Source: a virus (Duplodnaviria; Heunggongvirae; Uroviricota; Caudoviricetes). From it: a stretch of DNA of 13,902 nucleotides. The translations under genes were made by a program, and so were the position numbers. Every line of letters begins with the position of its first letter. Positions within the stretch are counted from its first letter, which is position 1. Below are positions 1 to 7,024 of this stretch, in pieces. The notes below the pieces were generated by a model. The model was not told the origin of the DNA, did no database searches, and worked only from the letters and a program-made list of their open reading frames with translations. The stretch is from the IMG/VR virus record IMGVR_UViG_2718218136_000009, positions 1 to 13,902 of that record; one strand, written 5' to 3'.

Positions 1-1230
1 ATGAGCAGAGCACTTAACAAACTGAGCGATACACAGCTAAGAAAAATCAACGGCACACCAGCCCCAAAAACCACATTTCTTAATGACGGTGGAAACCTGA
101 GTATCAGACACTCCACCAGCGGCCTGTTAACCTGGTATTTCACCTACAGGGCAGGAACAGGACGCCAGGTATCACCGGAACGCCTGAAACTGGGAAATTA
201 TCCTGATCTGAGCCTGAAAGCAGCCAGGGAAAAAGCAGCACAGTGTCGCGCATGGCTGGCAGAGGGAAAAAATCCACGCCATGAGCTTAATTACTCCATA
301 CAGGAAGCACTAAAGCCGGTAACGGTGGGCGATGCGATCAGCTACTGGCTGGAAATGCACGTAAAGGAAAACCGTGTCGATTACGTCTCCCTGAAAAGCC
401 GCCTGAATAATCACGTCATACAGCATATTGGCAATATGCCACTGGATAAATGCGAGTTACGTCACTGGCTGGCCTGTTTTGACCGGATACGCAAAAAATC
501 ACCCGTAACATCTGGCCACATGATGCAGGCGTGCAAACAGGCGCTTAAGTTCTGCCGTAAACGTCGCTACGCAGTCAGTAACGTTCTGGATGATCTCAAC
601 GTGGTGGACGTTGGCAAAAAGCCGGGCATAAGCGAACGCGTGCTTAGTAACAAAGAACTGGGCGAATTATTACAGGCACTGGATAAAAAAATATTCCCAC
701 CCTACTACAGCGCACTAATCCGCCTCCTGATTGTGTTTGGCTGCCGAACCGGAGAACTGAGGCTGTCGGAGATCAGGGAGTGGGATTTTAAGGAAATGCT
801 CTGGACGGTACCGAAAGAACACAGCAAAACGAAGGTCGCCATATTCAGGCCAATACCGGAAAGCATTTTACCGTTCGTCACGCTGCTGGTGGAGCAGAAC
901 AAACACACAGGGCTATTACTCGGGGAACAGAAACAGGAAGCCAGCGTGTCGCAATACGGCAGATTCATGCACAAAAAATTAAACCATTCGCACTGGTCAC
1001 TACACGATATACGGCGCACGTTTACCACGATGCTGAACGATTTAGGCGTGGATCCGCATATTGTCGAACAACTCACCGCTCACCAGATGCCAGGGATGCA
1101 GCGAGTCTATAACCACTCCCGTTATCTCGATGCGAAACGTAACGCGCTGGATATGTGGACAGAGCGATTAGAGATACTGGCAGGTGCTCACGAAAACGTA
1201 ACCACACTGCCAATAGCCAGAGAAATATAA
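1..1230 (+). CDS. int: Tyrosine-type site-specific integrase (P4-like phage integrase family)
   Basis: 409-aa ORF starting at ATG. N-terminal arm-binding-like region (LSIRHSTSGLLTWYFTYR). Catalytic-domain motifs GCRTGEL (box I Arg), HDIRRTF (box II His-x-x-Arg) and a C-terminal Tyr region (VYNHSRY). Size typical of P4-type integrases. Confidence 0.9.
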   Translation: MSRALNKLSDTQLRKINGTPAPKTTFLNDGGNLSIRHSTSGLLTWYFTYRAGTGRQVSPERLKLGNYPDLSLKAAREKAAQCRAWLAEGKNPRHELNYSIQEALKPVTVGDAISYWLEMHVKENRVDYVSLKSRLNNHVIQHIGNMPLDKCELRHWLACFDRIRKKSPVTSGHMMQACKQALKFCRKRRYAVSNVLDDLNVVDVGKKPGISERVLSNKELGELLQALDKKIFPPYYSALIRLLIVFGCRTGELRLSEIREWDFKEMLWTVPKEHSKTKVAIFRPIPESILPFVTLLVEQNKHTGLLLGEQKQEASVSQYGRFMHKKLNHSHWSLHDIRRTFTTMLNDLGVDPHIVEQLTAHQMPGMQRVYNHSRYLDAKRNALDMWTERLEILAGAHENVTTLPIAREI

Positions 1231-1254
1231 TTTTTTTCGCGATTTTTTAGAACG

Positions 1255-1313
1255 GAAACAACGTGAAACAACGAGACACCACGACGAACAACGGCGAACA
1301 ATCTGGAACAAAC
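1255..1313. repeat. Six tandem 10-bp-phased GAACAA-core repeats between int and alpA
   Basis: Units begin at about 1255, 1265, 1275 (degenerate GACACCAC), 1285, 1295 and 1305: GGAAACAACG, TGAAACAACG, AGACACCACG, ACGAACAACG, GCGAACAATC, TGGAACAAAC. Preceded by T-tracts at 1231-1247. Confidence 0.75.
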
Positions 1314-1597
1314 TTGATTATCATCTGACTGACACCCTAAAAAGTTGATTTTCAGTCGTTTTACTGGCTTTTTGTACATTGGCGAATCACTCTTAAAAAC
1401 ATGTAAAAAAGGCGTAAAAACAGAATTTTATGCCTTTGCACCACAATGAATTAAAAGAGTTTTTATTCTCATTACCCCACTTCTGTAAAATGACCGCCGC
1501 CAGTGTTTGCCATTCCATAAACACCCTGACACAATCCGACGCACCACAACACAATAGGACACCAAATAACTCTTTAAGAAATATCAAAGGGGGAATT

Positions 1598-1786
1598 GTG
1601 TTAAGCACAGATCGCTTTATACGTGAAAAAGAATGTCAGCAACTTACAGGCCTGAGCCGCTCATGTCGGTACCGCCTGGAAAAAGCCGGACAATTCCCAT
1701 CACGGCGTAAGCTCGGCGGTCGTTCTGTTGGCTGGTCTTTATCCGAAGTTCTGGCATGGAAGGACAGCTGCGAGGCAGTTCACTAA
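1598..1786 (+). CDS. alpA: AlpA-family (excisionase-like, MerR-superfamily HTH) transcriptional regulator
   Basis: Sequence DRFIREKECQQLTGLSRSCRYRLEKAGQFPSRRKLGGRSVGWSLSEVLAWK matches the AlpA/prophage regulatory protein pattern (HTH followed by SVGW...E...W). Start chosen at in-frame GTG 1598 after SD AAAGGGGG (1586-1593), giving 62 aa. The upstream ATG at 1430 would add a low-complexity 56-aa extension with no SD. Confidence 0.8.
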   Translation: MLSTDRFIREKECQQLTGLSRSCRYRLEKAGQFPSRRKLGGRSVGWSLSEVLAWKDSCEAVH

Positions 1787-2204
1787 TCAGGCTGGCGGCA
1801 CACAGCCGCCACCCATCCACTAATACAGAGATCTAACCATGAATACTGGATATACGCCTGTACAGGGGCGGGGCTTCGTTCGGCCTGAAAACCAGAATCT
1901 GCAAAATTTCGCCGAAATTATTCCGGTTATTTCCGGCCTTATTGGCGGGAGTGAAACCAATATTGTTAACGCCAGAGCGTTGCAGATGTTTGATGATGAA
2001 AAGGGAGTAAATTTAACTTACACCCCTGACGGCAATCAGAATATGAGCATTATCTCTGAGTCAGTTTTCTACAAACTAATAAAAACAAAAAGCGCCCCGT
2101 TGCCGGAGCGCCCTTGCGAACAATTAACCTGCTGCGAAAAAAATGGATCAGTGCAGGGGAATTATATCAACCGTGTGGCGAAGCGCCACAATTGCCGGAT
2201 AACA

Positions 2205-2235
2205 GGTAAAACAAAGGCCACCCGCGACGGTGGCC
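2205..2235 (-). terminator. Rho-independent terminator for the minus-strand RHH gene
   Basis: Read on the minus strand: 7-bp GC stem GGCCACC / GGTGGCC (2216-2222 and 2229-2235) with a 6-nt loop, followed by UUUGUUUU (complement of 2208-2215). A second hairpin TGTGGCG-aag-CGCCACA lies at 2174-2190. Confidence 0.5.
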
Positions 2236-2338
2236 CCTCGACACAAGCTACACGTTATCCCCAACGCATGAGCATAGCCAACAATGCCACATTTGCGGCT
2301 GGTGGGCAATGTGATCAGTGTGCTGGCTTGCTGGTGGG

Positions 2339-2518
2339 CTATTCCTGCTCTTTGGCCTTGCGGCGCTGGCGGCGTTTGATCTCGCCACGCATGGCTGCGC
2401 TTATAAACTGCCCTGTACTTTCGCCTTCTTCTTTCACTTTTTCCATGCCTTCAATAATTTCATGGGCAATACGTGCAGTTACAGATTGTGATTTTGCATT
2501 CTTTGGACCTGTTGCCAT
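2339..2518 (-). CDS. Ribbon-helix-helix (CopG/Arc/ParD-like) DNA-binding protein, candidate repressor of the element
   Basis: 59 aa (MATGPKNAKSQSVTARIAHEIIEGMEKVKEEGESTGQFISAAMRGEIKRRQRRKAKEQE). Beta-strand-like SVTARI followed by two short helices, as in ParD/Arc, then a basic tail. Strong SD AAGGAG six nt upstream of the ATG on the minus strand (complement of 2525-2530). Only credible minus-strand gene in the window, divergent from the early operon. Confidence 0.7.
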   Translation of the reverse strand: MATGPKNAKSQSVTARIAHEIIEGMEKVKEEGESTGQFISAAMRGEIKRRQRRKAKEQE

Positions 2519-2539
2519 GTCTAACTCCTTATGTTTTTG

Positions 2540-2620
2540 GTGTAAGACAATATACACGAAAAAAAATTATTTTGAAGGATTGACGTGTAAGACACTACTG
2601 CTTTACATTGTGTCTTACAC
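2540..2620. promoter_or_regulatory. Divergent promoter region with three operator-like 11-bp sites (GTGTAAGACAC)
   Basis: GTGTAAGACAa at 2540-2550, GTGTAAGACAC at 2585-2595 and its exact reverse complement GTGTCTTACAC at 2610-2620 (11-bp inverted repeat, 14-bp spacer). Rightward -35 TTGACG (2580-2585) and -10 TACATT (2604-2609) overlap sites 2 and 3. A leftward -10 TATATT (complement of 2550-2555) lies next to site 1. Confidence 0.6.
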
Positions 2621-2717
2621 CTTGTTTATGCAAGGTGCAGAAACGACGAAACCCCGCACTGTTGGAGCAGTAACGGGGCTTCTAACCACCAACGATAGCA
2701 GAAGTATCGAGGTAGCT

Positions 2718-2924
2718 ATGTTAAATCATACCACACACCCGCAAGGGCGGGACTCGCACAACCTGAATAAATACATCTGGCGTTTTATCGCCCTGAGCAC
2801 CGCACAACCGCGCGTGATTCACATCGAGGCCACCAGCGAACAGGAAGCACGCCAGCAATCCCCGGCTGGTTGCGTGATGGTATTCGCCGCCCGTATTCGT
2901 CAGGGGGTACGCCATGTGCAATAA
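2718..2924 (+). CDS. Small early protein, tentatively Icd-like (host cell division inhibitor-like); first gene of the early operon
   Basis: 68 aa (MLNHTTHPQGRDSHNLNKYIWRFIALSTAQ...TSEQEARQQ...). SD GAGG five nt upstream of ATG 2718. The family assignment is from memory of Icd-like proteins in P4-type islands and is not verified. Confidence 0.5.
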   Translation: MLNHTTHPQGRDSHNLNKYIWRFIALSTAQPRVIHIEATSEQEARQQSPAGCVMVFAARIRQGVRHVQ

Positions 2925-3174
2925 CACCCGTCCGGACGCAGCCGCCGAAGCTATAAAAACACTGATTGATGCGCTGATTGATATTTCTGTTATCGCAGAC
3001 AAGGCGCATAAGCACGCCACCAGCGAAACAGAATATGCCGGGGCTTTCGTTCCTCACTCACTGGCTGTTATGCAACTTAGTGCTGATATGGCGCTGAATG
3101 AGGCCAAAGCCATCCTGATTGCTGATTGTGAAAATGGGGGGGGGTTATGCGTGATGATCGTTTTAATGCCCTGA
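2914..3174 (+). CDS. Hypothetical protein (86 aa)
   Basis: ATG overlaps the upstream stop (ATGTGCAATAA). SD-like GGGGG at 2903-2907. Helical-looking composition. Reads through a G9 tract at 3136-3144. Confidence 0.5.
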   Translation: MCNNTRPDAAAEAIKTLIDALIDISVIADKAHKHATSETEYAGAFVPHSLAVMQLSADMALNEAKAILIADCENGGGLCVMIVLMP

Positions 3175-3380
3175 AACAGGAATTTGATGGCGCACCGGAT
3201 GATACAGGCGATGCGTTGCTGGCTGTTAATGACCTGATAAAGGCCGCATATTTTCTTATTCATACCGCTGAATACATATCAACGGGCACAGATGTTCTTA
3301 ATATTGCGTCGGACTATGCGGAATATGTTGCAGAGGCGCGTTACAGAAGAAAATTCCCGGAGGATGTAAGCCATGGATAA
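3147..3380 (+). CDS. Hypothetical protein (77 aa)
   Basis: ATG immediately after the G9 tract, which can act as SD. Overlaps the upstream ORF by 28 nt. Operon context. Confidence 0.5.
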   Translation: MRDDRFNALKQEFDGAPDDTGDALLAVNDLIKAAYFLIHTAEYISTGTDVLNIASDYAEYVAEARYRRKFPEDVSHG

Positions 3381-3579
3381 AATCCCTTTCGATGTTCTTA
3401 TTCATTCTGAGAATGCATTAAACCGGGCACTGGAAATGAAAGCGGTATTAATTAAATTAACCGAAGTTCATGCCGAACAGGGGGATTTATTTTCTGCTTT
3501 CAGCACTCTGTTAACCCCGGTTATTGATGAATTAAACGCGGTTATGGAAATACACGACAAGACCCGCGCAGAGGAATAA
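3373..3579 (+). CDS. Hypothetical protein (68 aa)
   Basis: Start overlaps the upstream stop (ATGGATAA), indicating translational coupling. Operon context. Confidence 0.5.
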   Translation: MDKIPFDVLIHSENALNRALEMKAVLIKLTEVHAEQGDLFSAFSTLLTPVIDELNAVMEIHDKTRAEE

Positions 3580-3584
3580 AAACC

Positions 3585-3884
3585 ATGAAACAGAAAAATT
3601 CTGGCTTTACTGCCAGCGGCTCCGCTCGGCCTGAAATCCGCCCCGGCGATATTTTCCGGGATAACTACGGCGGCACGGTAACGATTAAAAGCGTGGCGGG
3701 ACGGTGTGTTACTTACCGCCGTGAAGGTTATGACTATGACTGCGTGATGCCTGTTTATCAGTTCCGCCGTGATTTTTCTCTGGTACAGGCAGCGCAACGC
3801 AGTAAGCCCACCAGCAGGGAAAAAGCACGGGAAAATATTAAGAAAATAAAAAGCATGCTCAGCGCATCCAGAGGTAAAAAATGA
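3585..3884 (+). CDS. Hypothetical protein (99 aa)
   Basis: SD GAGGAA (3571-3576) eight nt upstream of the ATG. Stop overlaps the Rep start (ATGA). Confidence 0.55.
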   Translation: MKQKNSGFTASGSARPEIRPGDIFRDNYGGTVTIKSVAGRCVTYRREGYDYDCVMPVYQFRRDFSLVQAAQRSKPTSREKARENIKKIKSMLSASRGKK

Positions 3885-5287
3885 AACTGGCACCGAACGT
3901 AAAACTGTTACCGAAAGATAAACACACTGAGGCGGTTATTTTTGCGGGTGATAATGCTCACTCCTTTGCAGAACATTACATGATTGCACAGGCCAAAAAA
4001 GCAGGCGATCCCATCCCTCCGGTTTACCTGGGCCGTTATCAGTTAAGCGAACTGGACAATTTACAGATTGTTGATGAAGGACGATACAGAGCAAAGGTCA
4101 TACGCGCCGGAAACCTGGACGATATGCAGATGCTGACCATTGCCACAAAACTGGCGATCGCAGGTGTCCGGGAAGCGCGGTTACTTTCAGAGAATTTCGA
4201 ACTACTGGAGGACTGGGGCGAGCAACTACCGCGCCTTAAAGAAACCTGGGAACGTGGGGAAAGCCTGGTCATGAATGGCGGAAAGCGAAAAATCACACTT
4301 CCCATCTCATGGGGTTCTGAGGGATTCGACGCGCAGCAAAGCTACGTAATTAAGGGGCTTATTCCGGCTGAATCATTATGCAGCACCTACGGGGCCAGCG
4401 GCTCTTATAAATCGTTCCTGGCTATTTCCTGGTCGTGCCATGTTGCCACAGGTATGGCATGGGGAGGCCGCAGGGTCAGTAAGGGCGCGGTTATCTATAT
4501 CGCTGGTGAAGGCAGCATGGGCGTAAAACGCCGCGTTAAGGCGTGGGAGATAACCCACGACAAGGTGGTTACAGATTTGTGCATCATTAACGCGCCTGTC
4601 TTCCCTGCATCGCCTGACTATGTGGAGCAGGTTATCAGAACTGCCGGACTTGTTAAGAGCAGAACGGGCGAAAATGTGCGGCTGATTGTGATAGACACGC
4701 TGGCCCGTTGCTTTGGTGGGAATGATGAAAATGATTCCCGTGATATGGGCGCATTTATCCAGGGGTGTGACGCGATAAAGCAGGCCACAGGGGCCACGGT
4801 GCTGGTGGTTCACCATTCCGGCAAGGATGAAACAAAGGGGGCGCGTGGTTCCAGCGCATTCCGTGCCGCACTGGATGCAGAGTACCGAATCAGCCGGGAA
4901 AATTCAGACGTTACAGCACTGGTGGCGGCGTGTACGAAGATGAAGGACGCAGAGGAGCCAAAAGAAAGCGCATACGACCTTAAAAGCGTGGAGGTGTTTA
5001 CCGATACAGATGGCGAAGAGATTGTGTCCATGGTGGTGATTGACGTTCCCCGCGCCCCTGCTGAACTGGAACGCATCGAGGAGGCCGGGAACAAGACGGA
5101 AAATCACACGGCTTTATGGGGTTGTATCCGATCACGTATACAGCATGGTGATAAATGCACGATCCCGTTGCTACGTGACGACATGAAAAAGCTGGGATAT
5201 GACACAAAACACCTTAAACGATGGTTAGCAAAACTGGAAAAAGACGGCGTGATTTGCGTCGATGGGGATGATGTTCACCCACTGTAA
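3881..5287 (+). CDS. RecA-like/AAA_25-type P-loop ATPase with C-terminal winged-helix region; candidate replication initiator or helicase (Rep)
   Basis: 468 aa. Walker A GASGSYKSF, Walker B LIVIDTLARC, and VLVVHHSGKD as in RepA/DnaB-C-like ATPases. SD GAGG six nt upstream. An iteron array follows the stop directly. Confidence 0.8.
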   Translation: MKLAPNVKLLPKDKHTEAVIFAGDNAHSFAEHYMIAQAKKAGDPIPPVYLGRYQLSELDNLQIVDEGRYRAKVIRAGNLDDMQMLTIATKLAIAGVREARLLSENFELLEDWGEQLPRLKETWERGESLVMNGGKRKITLPISWGSEGFDAQQSYVIKGLIPAESLCSTYGASGSYKSFLAISWSCHVATGMAWGGRRVSKGAVIYIAGEGSMGVKRRVKAWEITHDKVVTDLCIINAPVFPASPDYVEQVIRTAGLVKSRTGENVRLIVIDTLARCFGGNDENDSRDMGAFIQGCDAIKQATGATVLVVHHSGKDETKGARGSSAFRAALDAEYRISRENSDVTALVAACTKMKDAEEPKESAYDLKSVEVFTDTDGEEIVSMVVIDVPRAPAELERIEEAGNKTENHTALWGCIRSRIQHGDKCTIPLLRDDMKKLGYDTKHLKRWLAKLEKDGVICVDGDDVHPL

Positions 5288-5488
5288 AAAGTGGGCGTTA
5301 AAAGTGGGAATAGTGGGTAATTTAACCGAAATTTAACAAAATCGCCCACTTTCCCACGTGTATACATCCAAAAAAGTGGGCACTAAAAAAATACTTATGA
5401 AACAGTACGATATAAAACCACAAAATCCCAGGTGGGACGAAGTGGGAAACCATGAAAAGTGGGCAGAAAAAGTGGGCACAGGTGGGCG
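5286..5488. repeat. Iteron array (about 11 copies of A/G-GTGGG, consensus AAAGTGGGCA) with central AT-rich segment; candidate replication origin
   Basis: AGTGGG cores at 5290, 5303, 5312, 5375, 5441, 5458, 5471; GGTGGG at 5431 and 5481; inverted copies CCCACT at 5345-5350 and CCCAC at 5353-5357. AT-rich stretch 5384-5427 between the iteron groups. Position is immediately 3' of the Rep gene. Confidence 0.7.
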
Positions 5489-5489
5489 C

Positions 5490-5741
5490 ATGACAAGAAA
5501 AACCAGAGATAAGACAGCACCAAAATATAAAGCGTTAGACATGACAGAGCACGCCTTAAAGGTGGCAATCAGAACGATAGACCGCCACGCCGGGGAAGGA
5601 TACGCGAAAGCACATCCCGAACTGATAAGCGCATTCATGACCACGACGGCGGCAAACTTTGCCACGCTGACAGAACGGGAGATTGCCGAAGCGGAACAGG
5701 TGACAACCATCAACGTTAAAACCGGAGAGCATACAGCATGA
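5490..5741 (+). CDS. Hypothetical protein (83 aa from ATG 5490)
   Basis: The reading frame opens at GTG 5358 inside the iterons. ATG 5490 follows the last iteron and AGGTGGG. ATG 5398 and 5541 are alternatives. Stop overlaps the SSB start. Confidence 0.4.
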   Translation: MTRKTRDKTAPKYKALDMTEHALKVAIRTIDRHAGEGYAKAHPELISAFMTTTAANFATLTEREIAEAEQVTTINVKTGEHTA

Positions 5742-6163
5742 CAGCACAGATAGCGGCTTACGGGCGGCTGGTGGCTGACCCGCAGTTAAAGACCACCAGC
5801 AAAGGGACACAAATGGCGATGGCGAGTATGGCGGTTCCCCTGCCGTGCAGCCAGGCCGATGACGGAACGGCGACGATGTGGTTATCCGTCCTGGCGTTTG
5901 GCAGACAGGCCGACGCACTGGCAAAGCACCACAAAGGCGAACTCGTGAGCGTGGCGGGTAACATGCAGGTAAGCCAGTGGACAGGCCAGAACGGCGAAAC
6001 GCGGCAGGGCTGGCAGGTTATCGCAGACAGTGTAATCAGTGCCAGAACGGCGCGACCGGGCGGCAAAAAAGGCCAGCAGGGCCAGGCCACTGACGCACTG
6101 AACAGGGCAAAACAACAGACAGGCCAGCACGATGACCCGTACGGGGACGGGATACCGTTTTAA
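5738..6163 (+). CDS. ssb: Single-stranded DNA-binding protein (SSB-like)
   Basis: 141 aa. OB-fold-like core (AAYGRLVADPQLK..., WLSVLAFGRQADALAKHHKGELVSVAGNMQVSQWTGQNGETRQ) and acidic C-terminal tail ending DGIPF, as in the bacterial SSB D-D-D-I-P-F tip. SD GGAGAG upstream. Confidence 0.8.
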   Translation: MTAQIAAYGRLVADPQLKTTSKGTQMAMASMAVPLPCSQADDGTATMWLSVLAFGRQADALAKHHKGELVSVAGNMQVSQWTGQNGETRQGWQVIADSVISARTARPGGKKGQQGQATDALNRAKQQTGQHDDPYGDGIPF

Positions 6164-6199
6164 TTCACAACAGCGAACAGAGTAATTACAGGGGAAGGC

Positions 6200-6730
6200 A
6201 TGACAAAGATGACCATTAACCGAAAACCGAAAGGCATTTACGGCACGCCGCAGAAAATACCGCAGGCGGCACAGCAGCAGGATAAAACCACATCGGCGCA
6301 TAAAGTGATACCCGGCAATCAGAACGCACAGCAGAAACCCACAGGGGCGACAGCGTGGCGGCATATGACCAAACGCCAGCGCAAAAACCGCAGACGCGTT
6401 AACCGCCTTATTGAATTGTGGCCAGAATTATTCAGCCGGGAAGCACCGAAGCCGCTTAAGGTGGGGATATTCGACGACCTGATGCAGGATATCGCCGCCA
6501 GGGGGCTGACATTCGGGCCGGGGGCATTACGTGCGACGCTGGCATCCTATGCGCAGTCTCCGCGCTATTACCGCGCCTTAATAGCTGGTGGGGTACGCTA
6601 CGACCTGAAAGGCCAGCCATGTGGGGAAGTGACACCACAGGAACAGCAGGAGGCAGAAACGCGGCTGATGGCGCTGAATGAGAAGCACAAGCGCCAGCGC
6701 CGGGCAGCAAAGGGGGATACATGCCAGTGA
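6200..6730 (+). CDS. ProQ/FinO-family RNA-binding protein (FinO domain)
   Basis: 176 aa. Segment LFSREAPKPLKVGIFDDLMQDIAARGL...LRATLASYAQSPRYYRALIAGGVRYDLKGQPCGEVT aligns by eye with the E. coli ProQ N-terminal domain ([23 protein letters not shown]...LRSALRLYTSSWRYLYGV...RVDLDGNPCGEL). Basic, disordered N-terminal extension. ATG 6209 is an alternative start. Confidence 0.8.
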   Translation: MTKMTINRKPKGIYGTPQKIPQAAQQQDKTTSAHKVIPGNQNAQQKPTGATAWRHMTKRQRKNRRRVNRLIELWPELFSREAPKPLKVGIFDDLMQDIAARGLTFGPGALRATLASYAQSPRYYRALIAGGVRYDLKGQPCGEVTPQEQQEAETRLMALNEKHKRQRRAAKGDTCQ

Positions 6731-6969
6731 CATTTGAAGAAGTTCAGCAACATAAAAAGTTTCATGGTTTTGATGATCTGGAAACCACGACAGCAAAAAA
6801 ATATCGCCGTCTGCTTTCTTCCGATGCGTTGTTTGTTGTGGATCATCATGATTTTCTGCGCAGCTCACTGACCGGGGAAATTTTCGCAACCAACCGTGAG
6901 CAGGTGGAAGCGATGATCGAATATCTGTGGAAAATAAGACGCAGAATGCGGGATCCAGTGAAACAATAA
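6721..6969 (+). CDS. Hypothetical protein (82 aa)
   Basis: Start overlaps the ProQ/FinO stop (ATGCCAGTGA). SD AGGGGG upstream. Last gene of the early operon. Confidence 0.5.
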   Translation: MPVTFEEVQQHKKFHGFDDLETTTAKKYRRLLSSDALFVVDHHDFLRSSLTGEIFATNREQVEAMIEYLWKIRRRMRDPVKQ

Positions 6970-7024
6970 AGCGATAAAGGCCTGGATTTTTTTTCAGGTC
7001 TTTTTTTCAGGTTTTGTAAATTAT

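Noticed and set aside
1430-1597. Long N-terminal extension of alpA from ATG 1430
   Set aside because: The extension is low-complexity with no SD. AlpA-family proteins are about 60-70 aa, and GTG 1598 has a strong SD.
1839-2924. Six-frame ORF of 361 aa on the + strand
   Set aside because: It has no SD and reads through the opposite-strand RHH gene and the operator/promoter region. Only its last 68 codons (2718-2924) have an RBS and a protein-like sequence. The rest is treated as non-coding.
3468-3893. Minus-strand ORF of 141 aa
   Set aside because: It lies entirely antisense to tightly coupled + strand genes with good RBSs, has no SD of its own, and is taken as a shadow ORF.
5286-5488. Short-repeat cluster that could be mistaken for a CRISPR array
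   Set aside because: Repeat units are only 6-12 bp, in both orientations and irregularly spaced, with no spacer-sized unique segments. Position after rep fits iterons.
5882-6364. Minus-strand ORF of 160 aa
   Set aside because: It is antisense to the SSB and ProQ/FinO genes, Cys/Arg-rich and not protein-like, with no RBS.
6953-6994. Possible terminator after the early operon (ATCCAG ... CTGGAT plus T8)
   Set aside because: The stem arms are 23 nt apart and only 6 bp long, so this is not a convincing hairpin. The T-tracts look more like phased curvature elements of the late regulatory region.
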